Source: Escherichia phage GEP101
Reading direction: 5' to 3' (one strand)
Sequence record: PQ036202
DNA length: 64,000 bases
Numbering within the stretch: position 1 is the stretch's first letter; every line of letters begins with the position of its first letter. The position numbers and the translations under genes were made by a program. The notes beneath the pieces were generated by a model. The model was not told the DNA's origin. It made no database searches and was given only the letters and a program-made list of their open reading frames with translations. Of this stretch, positions 25,703-34,978 are shown piece after piece.

Positions 25703-26248
25703 TCAAAAGTGTCCTTTTAATTGTGGAACATAAATTTCAAAAGTTGCTTTACCATCCTCTGATGGTTTTGACTGTACCTTTGTAAATACATGGTTATCAT
25801 ACAGCTTCTCAAAGAAGTTTTCAAAAGGTAAATGCACAGTGGCCTCTTCAGTAACTTTATGGAAAACTGTATGGAACACTACATCAGCATACGGTAAAGC
25901 ATTGACAAGGACACCTGCACCACCAATTACAAAGACATCTTCATCAATAGAGCTATCAAGATATTTCAAAAATGCTCCAAATGACTCTTTACTGGCTTTT
26001 GCATACATTACATCATCTTTGCCAAAGTCTATGCCTAAGTATGGTACAGAATTTGTTAAGATTAGGTTTGCACGTTCTGGTAAAGGTTTACTACCCAGAG
26101 TCTTAAAAGTCTCATTCCCCATCACTACTAAGTTGTTTTTAGTGAGTCTCTTAAACTCTTGCATATCCTGTTTATGTCGAGGCCACGGCATACCAGTTGG
26201 AGTACCAAACTCCCCATTTTCACCACTTGCAAAGATTAATTTAATCAT
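25703..26248 (-). CDS. folA: dihydrofolate reductase
   Basis: N-terminus MIKLIFA...GENG..G....MPW resembles DHFR; adjacent to thyA as in T4 frd-td. Confidence 0.8.
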   Translation of the reverse strand: MIKLIFASGENGEFGTPTGMPWPRHKQDMQEFKRLTKNNLVVMGNETFKTLGSKPLPERANLILTNSVPYLGIDFGKDDVMYAKASKESFGAFLKYLDSSIDEDVFVIGGAGVLVNALPYADVVFHTVFHKVTEEATVHLPFENFFEKLYDNHVFTKVQSKPSEDGKATFEIYVPQLKGHF

Positions 26249-26505
26249 TTTGTAAATCCTTTCTTAATGAACCAGTTGATAACATTCTTCACAGCTTTAT
26301 TGCTATGGTAGATTAAGTGTGGTGTAGGTTGGTATGAACCATAAGCCCAGAAAGCAATGATTTCACTACACCCTGTACACCTTGTACTCTCTTCAGCAAT
26401 ATGACCGTTGACTATTTCACTCACCTCACCCTGTAAGTCTGTACATCCACAATGTGGACAACGGATAGGTGCTCCATCAGACTCATAGCAGTGTTCAATT
26501 TTCAT
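26245..26505 (-). CDS. small zinc-ribbon-like protein
   Basis: CPHCGC ... CTGC cysteine pairs in 86-aa ORF. Confidence 0.4.
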   Translation of the reverse strand: MKIEHCYESDGAPIRCPHCGCTDLQGEVSEIVNGHIAEESTRCTGCSEIIAFWAYGSYQPTPHLIYHSNKAVKNVINWFIKKGFTK

Positions 26506-27021
26506 CTATTTAACCTCAAAAACTGGCTCAAGAACCAATATAAAGTCCACACAGTCATCTTCTTCATCCAGAATACCATCAAAGTTCTTAGGAACGAAGT
26601 CGAAGAGGCTCATAACAAAGCAGTCAGAAGTAACCCTAATAGTGCCTCCCATATTCTCTACAGTCAACACTGTACGGCTTTCTTTTACCTCTCTCAAGAG
26701 ATTACTCACAAAGTCATCTAGGAAGTACTTCATTAGTGACTTAAAGCCTTTAGGGTAGTCTGTACCAGAGTATGTTTCAATCTGAGGTACAAGCTTAACA
26801 TTTATGATAGTCTTTGCTAAGAATGTGCTAGAGAACATGCTATCAGGTAGCTTGCAAACAATCTTTCCAGTGCCTTCATGCTCAATCTCAACAAAACCAG
26901 CTTCGTCGCCACATGTAACTATTTTAAAAGATGCTTCATTCTCACACTGTGAAGCCATAAACTTTTTAAGCATCACTTTAAGGAAATCTGCATGAGCATC
27001 TTGTAAGTAGATATCAATCAT
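26506..27021 (-). CDS. hypothetical protein
   Basis: 171-aa ORF in leftward operon. Confidence 0.4.
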   Translation of the reverse strand: MIDIYLQDAHADFLKVMLKKFMASQCENEASFKIVTCGDEAGFVEIEHEGTGKIVCKLPDSMFSSTFLAKTIINVKLVPQIETYSGTDYPKGFKSLMKYFLDDFVSNLLREVKESRTVLTVENMGGTIRVTSDCFVMSLFDFVPKNFDGILDEEDDCVDFILVLEPVFEVK

Positions 27022-27034
27022 AGTTAATCACCTA

Positions 27035-27394
27035 TTATGGGAACAGACACTTGATGTCATCATTTTTGAAAACGAAACTTGTGTAGTTGTGACCATCAAC
27101 ATCCAGCCAAACAGCCTGAACATCTACACCATCAAGATTCTGGTAAAGCTCTTTGATGAAGTGGTCTTTTACAACCTGACTGCTAGTTGTTTCCAGCTTA
27201 ATGTTAGAGATTGCTGAACCTACAGCCATATAACCCATGACACGTTTCTTCTCAGTATGCTTAATCTTACCATCTTTGTAAGCCATAATGAGATTGGAAA
27301 GAATCTTCACACCATAATACTTTTCAAGGTGAGTAGGTACACCATAAAAACCTAATGCAAAGTTTTCAGAGTGGATAATGTTTTCACGTTTCAT
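27035..27394 (-). CDS. hypothetical protein
   Basis: 119-aa ORF in leftward operon. Confidence 0.4.
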   Translation of the reverse strand: MKRENIIHSENFALGFYGVPTHLEKYYGVKILSNLIMAYKDGKIKHTEKKRVMGYMAVGSAISNIKLETTSSQVVKDHFIKELYQNLDGVDVQAVWLDVDGHNYTSFVFKNDDIKCLFP

Positions 27395-27395
27395 A

Positions 27396-27695
27396 TTAAT
27401 CTGCCAGCCTTAAATTAAAATTAACACCAAATTTTTCGCATACCTCCAACATATACTCAAGGGATACATTACCAGTGAGGTGGATTATGTTGGATACACG
27501 AGCCTGAGAGATACCGCAAATTTTAGCAACTTGCTCTTGAGAAAGACCTCTGGATTTAATCTCTCTCTTAAAACGATGTGCAACGAAATCTCTCATTTCG
27601 TCTACATCCATTGGACAAATATAACTCTCCATTTCAGCCTCTCTGTCAGCCTCCCAATCATCTTGTGGAGCATAGGGGTCAAAAACCTCATTCAT
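27396..27695 (-). CDS. XRE-family helix-turn-helix transcriptional regulator
   Basis: LSQEQVAKICGISQARVSNI HTH motif; start taken at internal ATG 27695 to avoid overlap with upstream ORF. Confidence 0.6.
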   Translation of the reverse strand: MNEVFDPYAPQDDWEADREAEMESYICPMDVDEMRDFVAHRFKREIKSRGLSQEQVAKICGISQARVSNIIHLTGNVSLEYMLEVCEKFGVNFNLRLAD

Positions 27696-27900
27696 CTTTC
27701 TTCTTCCGTTTTCGTGAAGTGTCAATCAATGAATCTATGTTTGTAGCCCTAACCTTTTCACGTTCATCATTAAGATAATCATCAAGAGCCTTCTCAATCT
27801 GTGAATCATCTTGACAGATGACTGTAAAGACTGTAAAGCCGTCTGTATCATCAATTATCTTACCATAACCGCTTCTGGGATGTAACTTTTTAAGAGCCAT
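27688..27900 (-). CDS. hypothetical protein
   Basis: 70-aa ORF with basic C-terminus. Confidence 0.35.
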   Translation of the reverse strand: MALKKLHPRSGYGKIIDDTDGFTVFTVICQDDSQIEKALDDYLNDEREKVRATNIDSLIDTSRKRKKKDE

Positions 27901-27901
27901 A

Positions 27902-28285
27902 TCAAATACCTGTGCAGCTTCTGTTTTCTAAGAAATACTCAACACCATACATAGCTTTTTGCATCAAATCTTCTTTAAACTGGATACGATGATTGAGCAT
28001 AGCCTGTACATCAATATCCTCATGGTGCTTCTCTTTAATGTTTGCAGATTGCAGGAAATACTCTGCAAGAACACGATACTGATAGTCAGTTACTTTATCA
28101 GTCATCTCTGTTAAAGACTCTTCAGAGATTGGTTTAAGTAACTCACCATTAGCCAGAGCAACACCTTTAACAATCTGACAAGTATCTTCTGGAACACCTG
28201 ATAAGTCCACATTCGGGAGTTCTGTTGCATTGACTGGTAAATTCATTGCCATAACCATTGCAGCAGCTAATAAAATCTTTTTCAT
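27902..28285 (-). CDS. secreted/periplasmic protein with N-terminal signal peptide
   Basis: MKKILLAAAMVMAMNLPVNA signal-peptide-like N-terminus. Confidence 0.45.
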   Translation of the reverse strand: MKKILLAAAMVMAMNLPVNATELPNVDLSGVPEDTCQIVKGVALANGELLKPISEESLTEMTDKVTDYQYRVLAEYFLQSANIKEKHHEDIDVQAMLNHRIQFKEDLMQKAMYGVEYFLENRSCTGI

Positions 28286-28329
28286 AATGACCCCAAAGTT
28301 ATATTAAATTTTGTATTACATTGAGTATA

Positions 28330-28358
28330 AAAATAAGCTATAACACCTGACTTGTCAA
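28330..28358 (-). promoter_or_regulatory. candidate sigma70-like promoter (TTGACA-N17-TATTTT) for secreted-protein gene
   Basis: Minus-strand TTGACA at 28358..28353, weak -10 at 28335..28330. Confidence 0.3.
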
Positions 28359-28416
28359 CAGACTTTATAGCTTATTTGGCAGATTTTTTATAAGGCTACT
28401 GCCATCCTTCCATACA

Positions 28417-28436
28417 TTACCTTACCTTACCTTACC
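28417..28436. repeat. pentanucleotide tandem repeat (TTACC)x4 on + strand, GGTAA on - strand
   Basis: Direct read: TTACCTTACCTTACCTTACC in 302-bp intergenic region. Confidence 0.6.
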
Positions 28437-28553
28437 AGACCACACCATGCAAAACCAGACTTCACATCACCCGACTGTGCAATACTTCACTTAAAAACCC
28501 TCTTAAAAGACTCTTAAGTGATGCTGGTGAGTACCCGTTGGTTTATGCTGCTC

Positions 28554-28581
28554 AGTATACTCACCAAATTTTCTATGTCAA
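28554..28581 (-). promoter_or_regulatory. candidate sigma70-like promoter (TTGACA-N16-TATACT)
   Basis: Minus-strand TTGACA 28581..28576 and TATACT 28559..28554 just downstream of ligase stop. Confidence 0.35.
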
Positions 28582-28587
28582 CAACTT

Positions 28588-29688
28588 TTATTCATAATCT
28601 CGTATAACTAACCCAACAGGGAACTGTAAAGAACCTTTACGAGTCATCTTCTGGAACTGAACCGTCAAAGGTTTCCCGATAAACTCTTCAGGATGTTCAG
28701 CAAGATACTGTTTCTTCTCATGAGTAGTCTTCCATGAGACATCTACAAAGACGTTAGGAAGAGTCTCTACAACGAACTTGCCATGACCACGTTTATCGGT
28801 CTTTACACCAGTCACTTTAAACTCTTCAGTGTGCATCTTCTTGTGCTTAATCAAGAAGTATGAACGGTGACAACACTCATAGAAGGAGTCTTCAGAGATT
28901 GAACGGTACATTGCACCTTCAAACTGAGCTTCAACCCACTTATCATGGGCTTCATCAAACTCTTCCCAAGAATTTACACGACGAGACTTAACAGGAACAA
29001 CTTTACAGCCATCTCTGAAGTCATTCAATGGTGAAGTCTCAATAATGTCTCTACGCTCAGGCCACGTCTTAGTACTGTCACAAATATCGTACCAGTAGAA
29101 CTGGAGTAGATGTCGGTCTGGATTGTCAGCATTCTTAATCATAGACACAATATCTTCTAAGTCCCAACCATGAGCATAAATCTCACCATCAAAGTCTTCG
29201 ACTTGTGGATGCAATTTAAGCAACAAAAGCAAATCTGGGATTAGTTCTGCTGGGACGTTGTAAATAGTATTCTCACGAGAATAAGCCGTGAAGCTAACTA
29301 AATCAGCATCTCTTGAAATTCTACAACGAACACCATCAAGTTTCGGTTGAGCATCAGCAGGGAACTTCAAATACTTTGCATGACTAACCTTTGCAGCATC
29401 ATGAGCAAGCTGCACACCTACCTTCTCAGTATTCTGTGCAGACTCTTTTGTGTAAGCATAACCTTTGCGTTCAACTTGCTTTTTATACTTAGCAGCAACT
29501 TCAAAGAGAGCTTGCTGTTCAGCGTTACGCTCATTCTTTTTACCGATGTTTTTAGGTTCTGCTGTATACTCTTCAAACATCATCTTGCCATTTTCTTTAC
29601 CGTAGGTTGTAATAACTTTGTCACCTACAGCAACGCATGACCAGACGTTAAAAGAGCCGTCTTTATTTTGTTTGTACAGTATTGTCAT
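28588..29688 (-). CDS. ATP-dependent DNA ligase
   Basis: Adenylation motif KLDGVR (KxDG) and overall T7-like ligase size. Confidence 0.8.
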   Translation of the reverse strand: MTILYKQNKDGSFNVWSCVAVGDKVITTYGKENGKMMFEEYTAEPKNIGKKNERNAEQQALFEVAAKYKKQVERKGYAYTKESAQNTEKVGVQLAHDAAKVSHAKYLKFPADAQPKLDGVRCRISRDADLVSFTAYSRENTIYNVPAELIPDLLLLLKLHPQVEDFDGEIYAHGWDLEDIVSMIKNADNPDRHLLQFYWYDICDSTKTWPERRDIIETSPLNDFRDGCKVVPVKSRRVNSWEEFDEAHDKWVEAQFEGAMYRSISEDSFYECCHRSYFLIKHKKMHTEEFKVTGVKTDKRGHGKFVVETLPNVFVDVSWKTTHEKKQYLAEHPEEFIGKPLTVQFQKMTRKGSLQFPVGLVIRDYE

Positions 29689-29891
29689 TTTCTCTTACCA
29701 CCAATTTCTACGTCAATAACTTGAACATCACCAGCAACATCGAACTTATGGATGATGCTTTCCACAGTGTAAGTCCAACCATCAATGCGAACCAACTCAC
29801 CTTCCCGTGGGACTATTGGATTACGTTGAGCTACGGTTGTAGTGGAGTGAACAACATCATAACAGTAGATATAGTTTACTAGGACTTCCAT
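29685..29891 (-). CDS. hypothetical protein
   Basis: Start moved to internal ATG 29891 with GAGG RBS to remove overlap with lipoprotein gene. Confidence 0.35.
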   Translation of the reverse strand: MEVLVNYIYCYDVVHSTTTVAQRNPIVPREGELVRIDGWTYTVESIIHKFDVAGDVQVIDVEIGGKRK

Positions 29892-29901
29892 CTTGAAAAC
29901 C

Positions 29902-30138
29902 TCACTCAATAACAGTAGTGTGTGATTGACCATTTTTGCCATAGCTATAAGATGTTGTTGTTTGAGAGTTTGGACATCTGACAACAACAATATCTCTGCT
30001 TATGGCATCACCATGTAACTTATAGACTTTGCAATCTTGCATCTCTGGTGGGAGGCTATAAGAAGCATTTTTATCTTCATAAGAAGGGTTGCACCCAGCT
30101 AGAAAAATAACACCAAGTGCAATTACTGCTTTCCACAT
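29902..30138 (-). CDS. small lipoprotein
   Basis: MWKAVIALGVIFLAGC lipobox after ATG 30138 with AGGAGAGG RBS; 78 aa. Confidence 0.5.
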   Translation of the reverse strand: MWKAVIALGVIFLAGCNPSYEDKNASYSLPPEMQDCKVYKLHGDAISRDIVVVRCPNSQTTTSYSYGKNGQSHTTVIE

Positions 30139-30151
30139 AATACCTCTCCTA

Positions 30152-30307
30152 TTACTGTTCACGATGTTCTACTTCTCTGTACGTTCGTCGATAGTATATA
30201 ATAAGCTGTGCTAACTCGTTGCTTTTAACATCTGAACGTAGCAGTTGCCAATCAAAACCTTTACCAACTCTTCCATATAAGCTAAATAATTTTACTTTGC
30301 GTTTCAT
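30152..30307 (-). CDS. small hypothetical protein (51 aa), not in ORF track
   Basis: ATG at 30307 with GGGAG RBS; translation MKRKVKLFSLYGRVGKGFDWQLL... Confidence 0.3.
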   Translation of the reverse strand: MKRKVKLFSLYGRVGKGFDWQLLRSDVKSNELAQLIIYYRRTYREVEHREQ

Positions 30308-30324
30308 TTTGGTACTCCCAATAC

Positions 30325-30552
30325 TCAGAGGCCAATGCTAATACGTTCACCCTTGAGGACTCCTGTACGGTCTCTTGCAATCTTACCGTCAACAATAAGG
30401 ATATGCGCAGACTTTAAAGATTCACTATTAAAACCTTTTACGAACTTACTAGGCATCACCACAATAAGCATCTCTTGAATCAACTCTGGAGTATAGCAAT
30501 TGTCGTGAAGTTGCTGAATAACGTCTGCAAGTGTCATTTTTGATGTCTCCAA
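30325..30552 (-). CDS. hypothetical protein
   Basis: 75-aa ORF. Confidence 0.35.
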   Translation of the reverse strand: METSKMTLADVIQQLHDNCYTPELIQEMLIVVMPSKFVKGFNSESLKSAHILIVDGKIARDRTGVLKGERISIGL

Positions 30553-30743
30553 TACTCAATATCAATAAGTTCTTGTGCAATGCTTTTCAGATTACCTTTC
30601 AAGAAAACCTTCTCAGAACCTGAAAGAGATGAATTGTCAATTAACCTGTTCATTCTCTCAAACAACTTCTGCTTACGATTCTTGATAGTTTCCTTTGAAG
30701 CCCCTTTCATCATTGCTGCATGGGTTCTTCCACGGTGGCTCAT
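30534..30743 (-). CDS. hypothetical protein
   Basis: 69-aa basic ORF. Confidence 0.35.
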   Translation of the reverse strand: MSHRGRTHAAMMKGASKETIKNRKQKLFERMNRLIDNSSLSGSEKVFLKGNLKSIAQELIDIEYWRHQK

Positions 30744-30794
30744 AAGACCTCCTATATAAGATATTGTATAAGGTACTCTTCCCTGAGCACCTTG

Positions 30795-31328
30795 TCAAGA
30801 TAGTTTTGCAAACTCTCCGTGGAGTTTAATAGCAGCTTCACAGTAAGCTTTATGGGCTTCTTCTGGTGTGTCATGATAACCTAAAAACATCTTCTTACCT
30901 TTATAACTTATCTGTGCGACCCACTTACCAGACTTCTTCTTAAGACTTACACCCTTGTACCCAGATTTATTGGTGACTGGTTTACCTTTATTCCAAGCAC
31001 TTTGAAAGTCATCTGCTTCCCTTAAGTTTACAATCCTGTTGTCAAGTGAGTCTCCGTTGATATGGTCAATGATACCTTTTGGCATCTTGCCATACACGTA
31101 AAGCCATGCGAGTCTGTGTGCTTTATGTGCTTTCTTGTCAAAATAGATACTAACCTGTTTATGACCACTTGAATCAGTCTGGATATTACCTGCCACCTTT
31201 CCTGCATAATTACTGTTAAAAACACTAACAGCTCTTGATTTACCTTCTCTACGAAGCCAAGTAAAGACCCCTGTTTCGGGGTCATAGTGCAGCAGCTCCT
31301 TTAAACGTTTTTGTAAAATTAAATCCAT
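30795..31328 (-). CDS. HNH homing endonuclease with AP2-like DNA-binding domain
   Basis: IDHINGDSLDNRIVNLREA HNH motif; YKGVS...KWVAQISYKGKKMFLGYHDTPEEA AP2-like; start 3 nt after DNA polymerase stop. Confidence 0.75.
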   Translation of the reverse strand: MDLILQKRLKELLHYDPETGVFTWLRREGKSRAVSVFNSNYAGKVAGNIQTDSSGHKQVSIYFDKKAHKAHRLAWLYVYGKMPKGIIDHINGDSLDNRIVNLREADDFQSAWNKGKPVTNKSGYKGVSLKKKSGKWVAQISYKGKKMFLGYHDTPEEAHKAYCEAAIKLHGEFAKLS

Positions 31329-31331
31329 TAA

Positions 31332-31888
31332 TCAATGTACCTCATACCAGCTCTTACCAACCTTTGCTGTACCAGTTACAAGTGTTTCTTTCCTCAAACC
31401 TAAGTTTTTTGAAGCTTGTCCATACATCCAGTCAGCAATTGCTTTCATATCATGTGTCATACCCTCTGGACATTCCCAACTATTTTCATCGTGATATGCC
31501 AGAAGTAACCTTGCTCCGATAGCTGGTTTTCGAGCATTCAGTTTTGTCAGGCCATCTTCACAGGCTTTTCTTGCTGCTAGGTTGATGGCCTCATTCTGAA
31601 TCTGTGCTTCCGAACTCATCAGGAGGTAGTTCAGTAGTTTATGTGGAGATTTGCACCATATCCATGCTCCAGCGACCCTGATATAACCACCTTTAGCAAT
31701 TGAAGAGTTCTTCCCAAAAACCTCTTCCAGAGCCTTTTTAGACACCTTAAAATCAGCTTCTAAGCTATCAAGTAACTTCTTAATCTTTGGCAAACGCATA
31801 TAGTAAGTTTGTTTAGTCAATGCACCTTCTTCCGTAGATGATGCCTTGATAGTTTTTGCAAACTTCTCATCGCCAGCCCCGAACAATA
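31332..31888 (-). CDS. DNA polymerase family A, exon 2 (C-terminal, motif B second half and motif C)
   Basis: LFGAGDEKFAK aligns with T7 pol FLYGAGDEK; HDE motif C; no ATG at exon start (ORF track begins at TTG). Confidence 0.75.
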
Positions 31889-32156
31889 CATCTGGTCAAT
31901 ACACTCGCAAGGTGTACCAGTTCTCTTATGAACTTCTCCGCATTTCTACGGAGTGTCGGACTATATCACGTAGCAGTGATGCTACCGTTGCACTTGGGGA
32001 TGGCCATTAGCTTACCACCCTACTCTACTCAGTTCATACATTAAGTATGCTTTTCGATAGTCTCTGAACGTTCCTCTTAAGAGGCTTCGCTGCTGATTAC
32101 CATATCTTTCCAGACTTAGGCTTCCAGCAATTCACAACGTTTTACATGCGCCACTG
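31889..32156 (-). ncRNA. group I self-splicing intron (ORF-less) in DNA polymerase gene
   Basis: Minus-strand P/Q/R/S elements AATTGCTGGAA, AATCAGCAGC, GTTCAGAGACTATCG, GTGATATAGTCCG; IGS GCGCAT pairs exon end ATGCGT with U-G at splice site; terminal G. Confidence 0.8.
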
Positions 32157-34299
32157 ACGCATAAATGCCATTTTTGGCTTTCTTACGACCTTTTGTAATC
32201 TCGTGAAGAAGCTCCTCATCCTGCGTCTCCCTACAACGAACAATATCATCTTCCTTGTTTAGACCAAAGTAAATACTATTCAGTGTATGTGCATCAGTAC
32301 CTGTGTAGACTTCGTAGAGGTCATTCTCAGCATCATAACGAAGATACTTATCAGTTTCTGGATTGAGGTACTTATCGAGATGCTTGCAATAGTATCTTCC
32401 ATCCTCTTGCTTGGTAAATTCTACTGACTCTTTACCTTCAGTTACCGCTTTGGTGAAGTCTTTATCACCCATAAAGTTACACAGTAAAACAAGCTGTGCA
32501 GAGTTCTGGTCAACTGAAACGATATTAGTCCCTTCCTCGCAAATCCACACCTCCCTCATAGGTGCTCCATAGACAGCAGCACCAGACGGTACGTTTACAA
32601 TACCATATTGTGTCATACGTCCAGTTGAAGTACCAAATACCATTGCACCGGCACTAAGGCGACCATCAGGGCGAATCTGGTTCAACCAACCTTTTTCATC
32701 ATCCTTTGAGTTCTCAATAGTTCTACGTCGGTGCATCAAAGTGTAGTATTTCGCAATCTTCTGTCCAAGCTCACCTTCAATCGTATCATAAGATGATTCA
32801 GTAAGTTTTGGTGAAGTACGGATTAAGCAAGGCTCAAGCAAATCTGTGTACTTCTTCACAGACCAGTTATGCTCAATGTACTGGACACCTTCATGTTCAA
32901 CATAACTCAAACCACACCGTTCCACCATCTCATCCCACTTAGGATGCTTTGTAATCATCTTTTTGTTGTCTTTGAAACGACAAACTTTGACAGGACGACC
33001 GTCAGAGTCTTTCTTGTAGTTCCAGTCATCTGGAATCCAACCAACTGATTTCAAGTAGTCTTTAACAACTGCTACCTGAGTCATACGAGAAACTTCGAAC
33101 TCAATTGGTGTATATGGTGCATCAATCAAACCTGTGTAGCGACTTGACTCAAGCTCAAAGTGGTTAACGACATGGCTGTTATAGTACTTCACAGTTTTAA
33201 CTGTTTTTACTGGCTTCCAGTCTTTGCACTTCTTACCAATCTTTGCATTCAACTCATTGCAAATTGCACGAGCATCCTTCATTGCTACAAAACCTTCCTT
33301 GTACTCTTCACCAGTTACAGAGTTGGTTGGTGTATAGCAATTCCGCTTTTCAATGTTAAAAATCTTTGTAGTTGGCTTACCAAATGGCTTGATTTCATAT
33401 GTCTGCATCTCACCGTTACGTACCTGTTGACGATACTTTGTCTTAGGGTACTTGGTAATTCTTTTCAGTCCATCTGCATGACCAAATGCTTCAACATACT
33501 CATTCCAAGCTTTTGCAAACTCTTCTCCAGTGACTTTACCTTTGGTCTTAATAGTTGGAGGAAGATGTGGTTCAACTTCTGAAGCAAGCTCATTAGTCAA
33601 CTTGTCAAGTTCCTTTACATGAAACTCCATAAGCTCTTTATCAGCTTTCCAACCATTGATAGCCTGTTGACTCATCCAGAAAGATGTTTCTTTAGCTCGC
33701 ATGTAAGTCTCATAAGTGTCTATACCACACTTCTTAAGCTTGAGATACTCGTTATCAAGTGCCCGTTTAGTTTTGGCGTTGATACGGATATCTTCCACAA
33801 CACGAGTGAAGATTTCTGCATTCCACACACCCCAATGTTCAATCTCTGGTTTACGGACACCAACACGAGCACCCCATGCTGCCAAGCCATGAGCACCTTT
33901 ATAGCCCTTTGGAGTTGGTCTATCCATCCACTGAACACGAGACTGGATAAGAGAATCCTGAAAGAAATTACTCCACGGCTTACACTTTGGATTATCAAAG
34001 TTCCACAAATCAGGTGCAATGTGGTTGAAAACCCACCAGTCATAACCGAGACCGTTATGGATGCAAAGACGTTTTGCCTTTAACGCAAACTCAACACCTT
34101 CACGCAAACCACCCTTAATGTACTTGGTGTACTTGTGACCGAGGATAGGCTCATCTGTAAAGACCCATACAGGTGGCTCTTCATCGTCAGATTTATAGTC
34201 TGCGAAAGCCATGACGTGTACTTTAGTGAACTCAAGGAGTAAACCATCAGTTTCTGTATCACCAACTAAGTGTAAGTTTTTAAAATCTACGTTTTCCAT
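32157..34299 (-). CDS. DNA polymerase family A, exon 1 (3-5 exonuclease and polymerase motif A, first half of motif B)
   Basis: GDTETDGL exo motif (cf. Pol I DTETDSL), DQNSAQLVLL motif A-like, RKKAKNGIYA start of motif B; start at ATG 34299 with GAGGGA RBS. Confidence 0.8.
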
Positions 34300-34554
34300 T
34301 TCTACTCCCTCTAAATCATTAACCACATACATTACTGCAAAAAATTATAAAAAGCAAGTTGACAATGTACTTGACAAGGTGTTAATCTTTGCGAAGTGGG
34401 TTTTTACTTAAAAGGTTACTTAACAGTTTAACTATACAGATACTTTAAAACTCTTAAAAGATTATTTAATAGCTTTTAAAAGTTTTAAAGTATAACGTAT
34501 AGAATACGTTAAGATAAAAGATTAAAACTTAATAGTTACTTAAAAGAGGCTTAC

Positions 34555-34977
34555 ATGCAGAAAATGTTTGTTCACCCAGACATAGCTGACTTTGTTAGAG
34601 CTTTGCAGAAGTTGGAAGAACTTGACATTGCTGCTCAACGGGAATATGCTCACCATCACAGGAGAATGGTTGATATACAACATGAAATAGAGTTGTCTGA
34701 AAACTATGAAGATGACTTAAAATGCTCTGTATTTGAGCATATGAAAGATGTTGCTACAGCGAGACGTAAAGCTAAAGACACAGTTGCTTTACTAGATTCT
34801 CTTAAAAAGAGGTTGCAAAGTGGTACAGACCTGTGTAATCTAGCGTCACTGATTAACGATGTTGAAACTTCTTGGGATAGACATTACTATCCACGTTCTG
34901 AAAAGACACTTGACTTTTCTTCATCAGAAAACTTAAAATGCTCTAGAAAGAAACTTAACCAACTGAGAGAGAAATAA
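34555..34977 (+). CDS. hypothetical protein (first gene of rightward block)
   Basis: 140-aa ORF downstream of divergent AT-rich promoter region. Confidence 0.4.
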   Translation: MQKMFVHPDIADFVRALQKLEELDIAAQREYAHHHRRMVDIQHEIELSENYEDDLKCSVFEHMKDVATARRKAKDTVALLDSLKKRLQSGTDLCNLASLINDVETSWDRHYYPRSEKTLDFSSSENLKCSRKKLNQLREK

Positions 34978-34978
34978 T

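Noticed and set aside
27396-27695. HTH XRE-family regulator as evidence of a lysogeny module
   Set aside because: No integrase, excisionase, attachment site or repressor/anti-repressor pair is present; the extensive replication and nucleotide metabolism genes point to a virulent lifestyle.
28417-28436. Possible CRISPR array or spacer-repeat structure
   Set aside because: Only a 5-nt unit repeated four times with no spacers; no cas genes or longer direct repeats were seen anywhere in the window.
31332-34332. Intein or two separately translated polymerase subunits as the explanation for the split polymerase
   Set aside because: The intervening 268 nt has no coding potential in frame, and carries group I intron core elements and a P1 pairing, so an intron is the better explanation. 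Two independent polypeptides cannot be fully excluded without RNA data.
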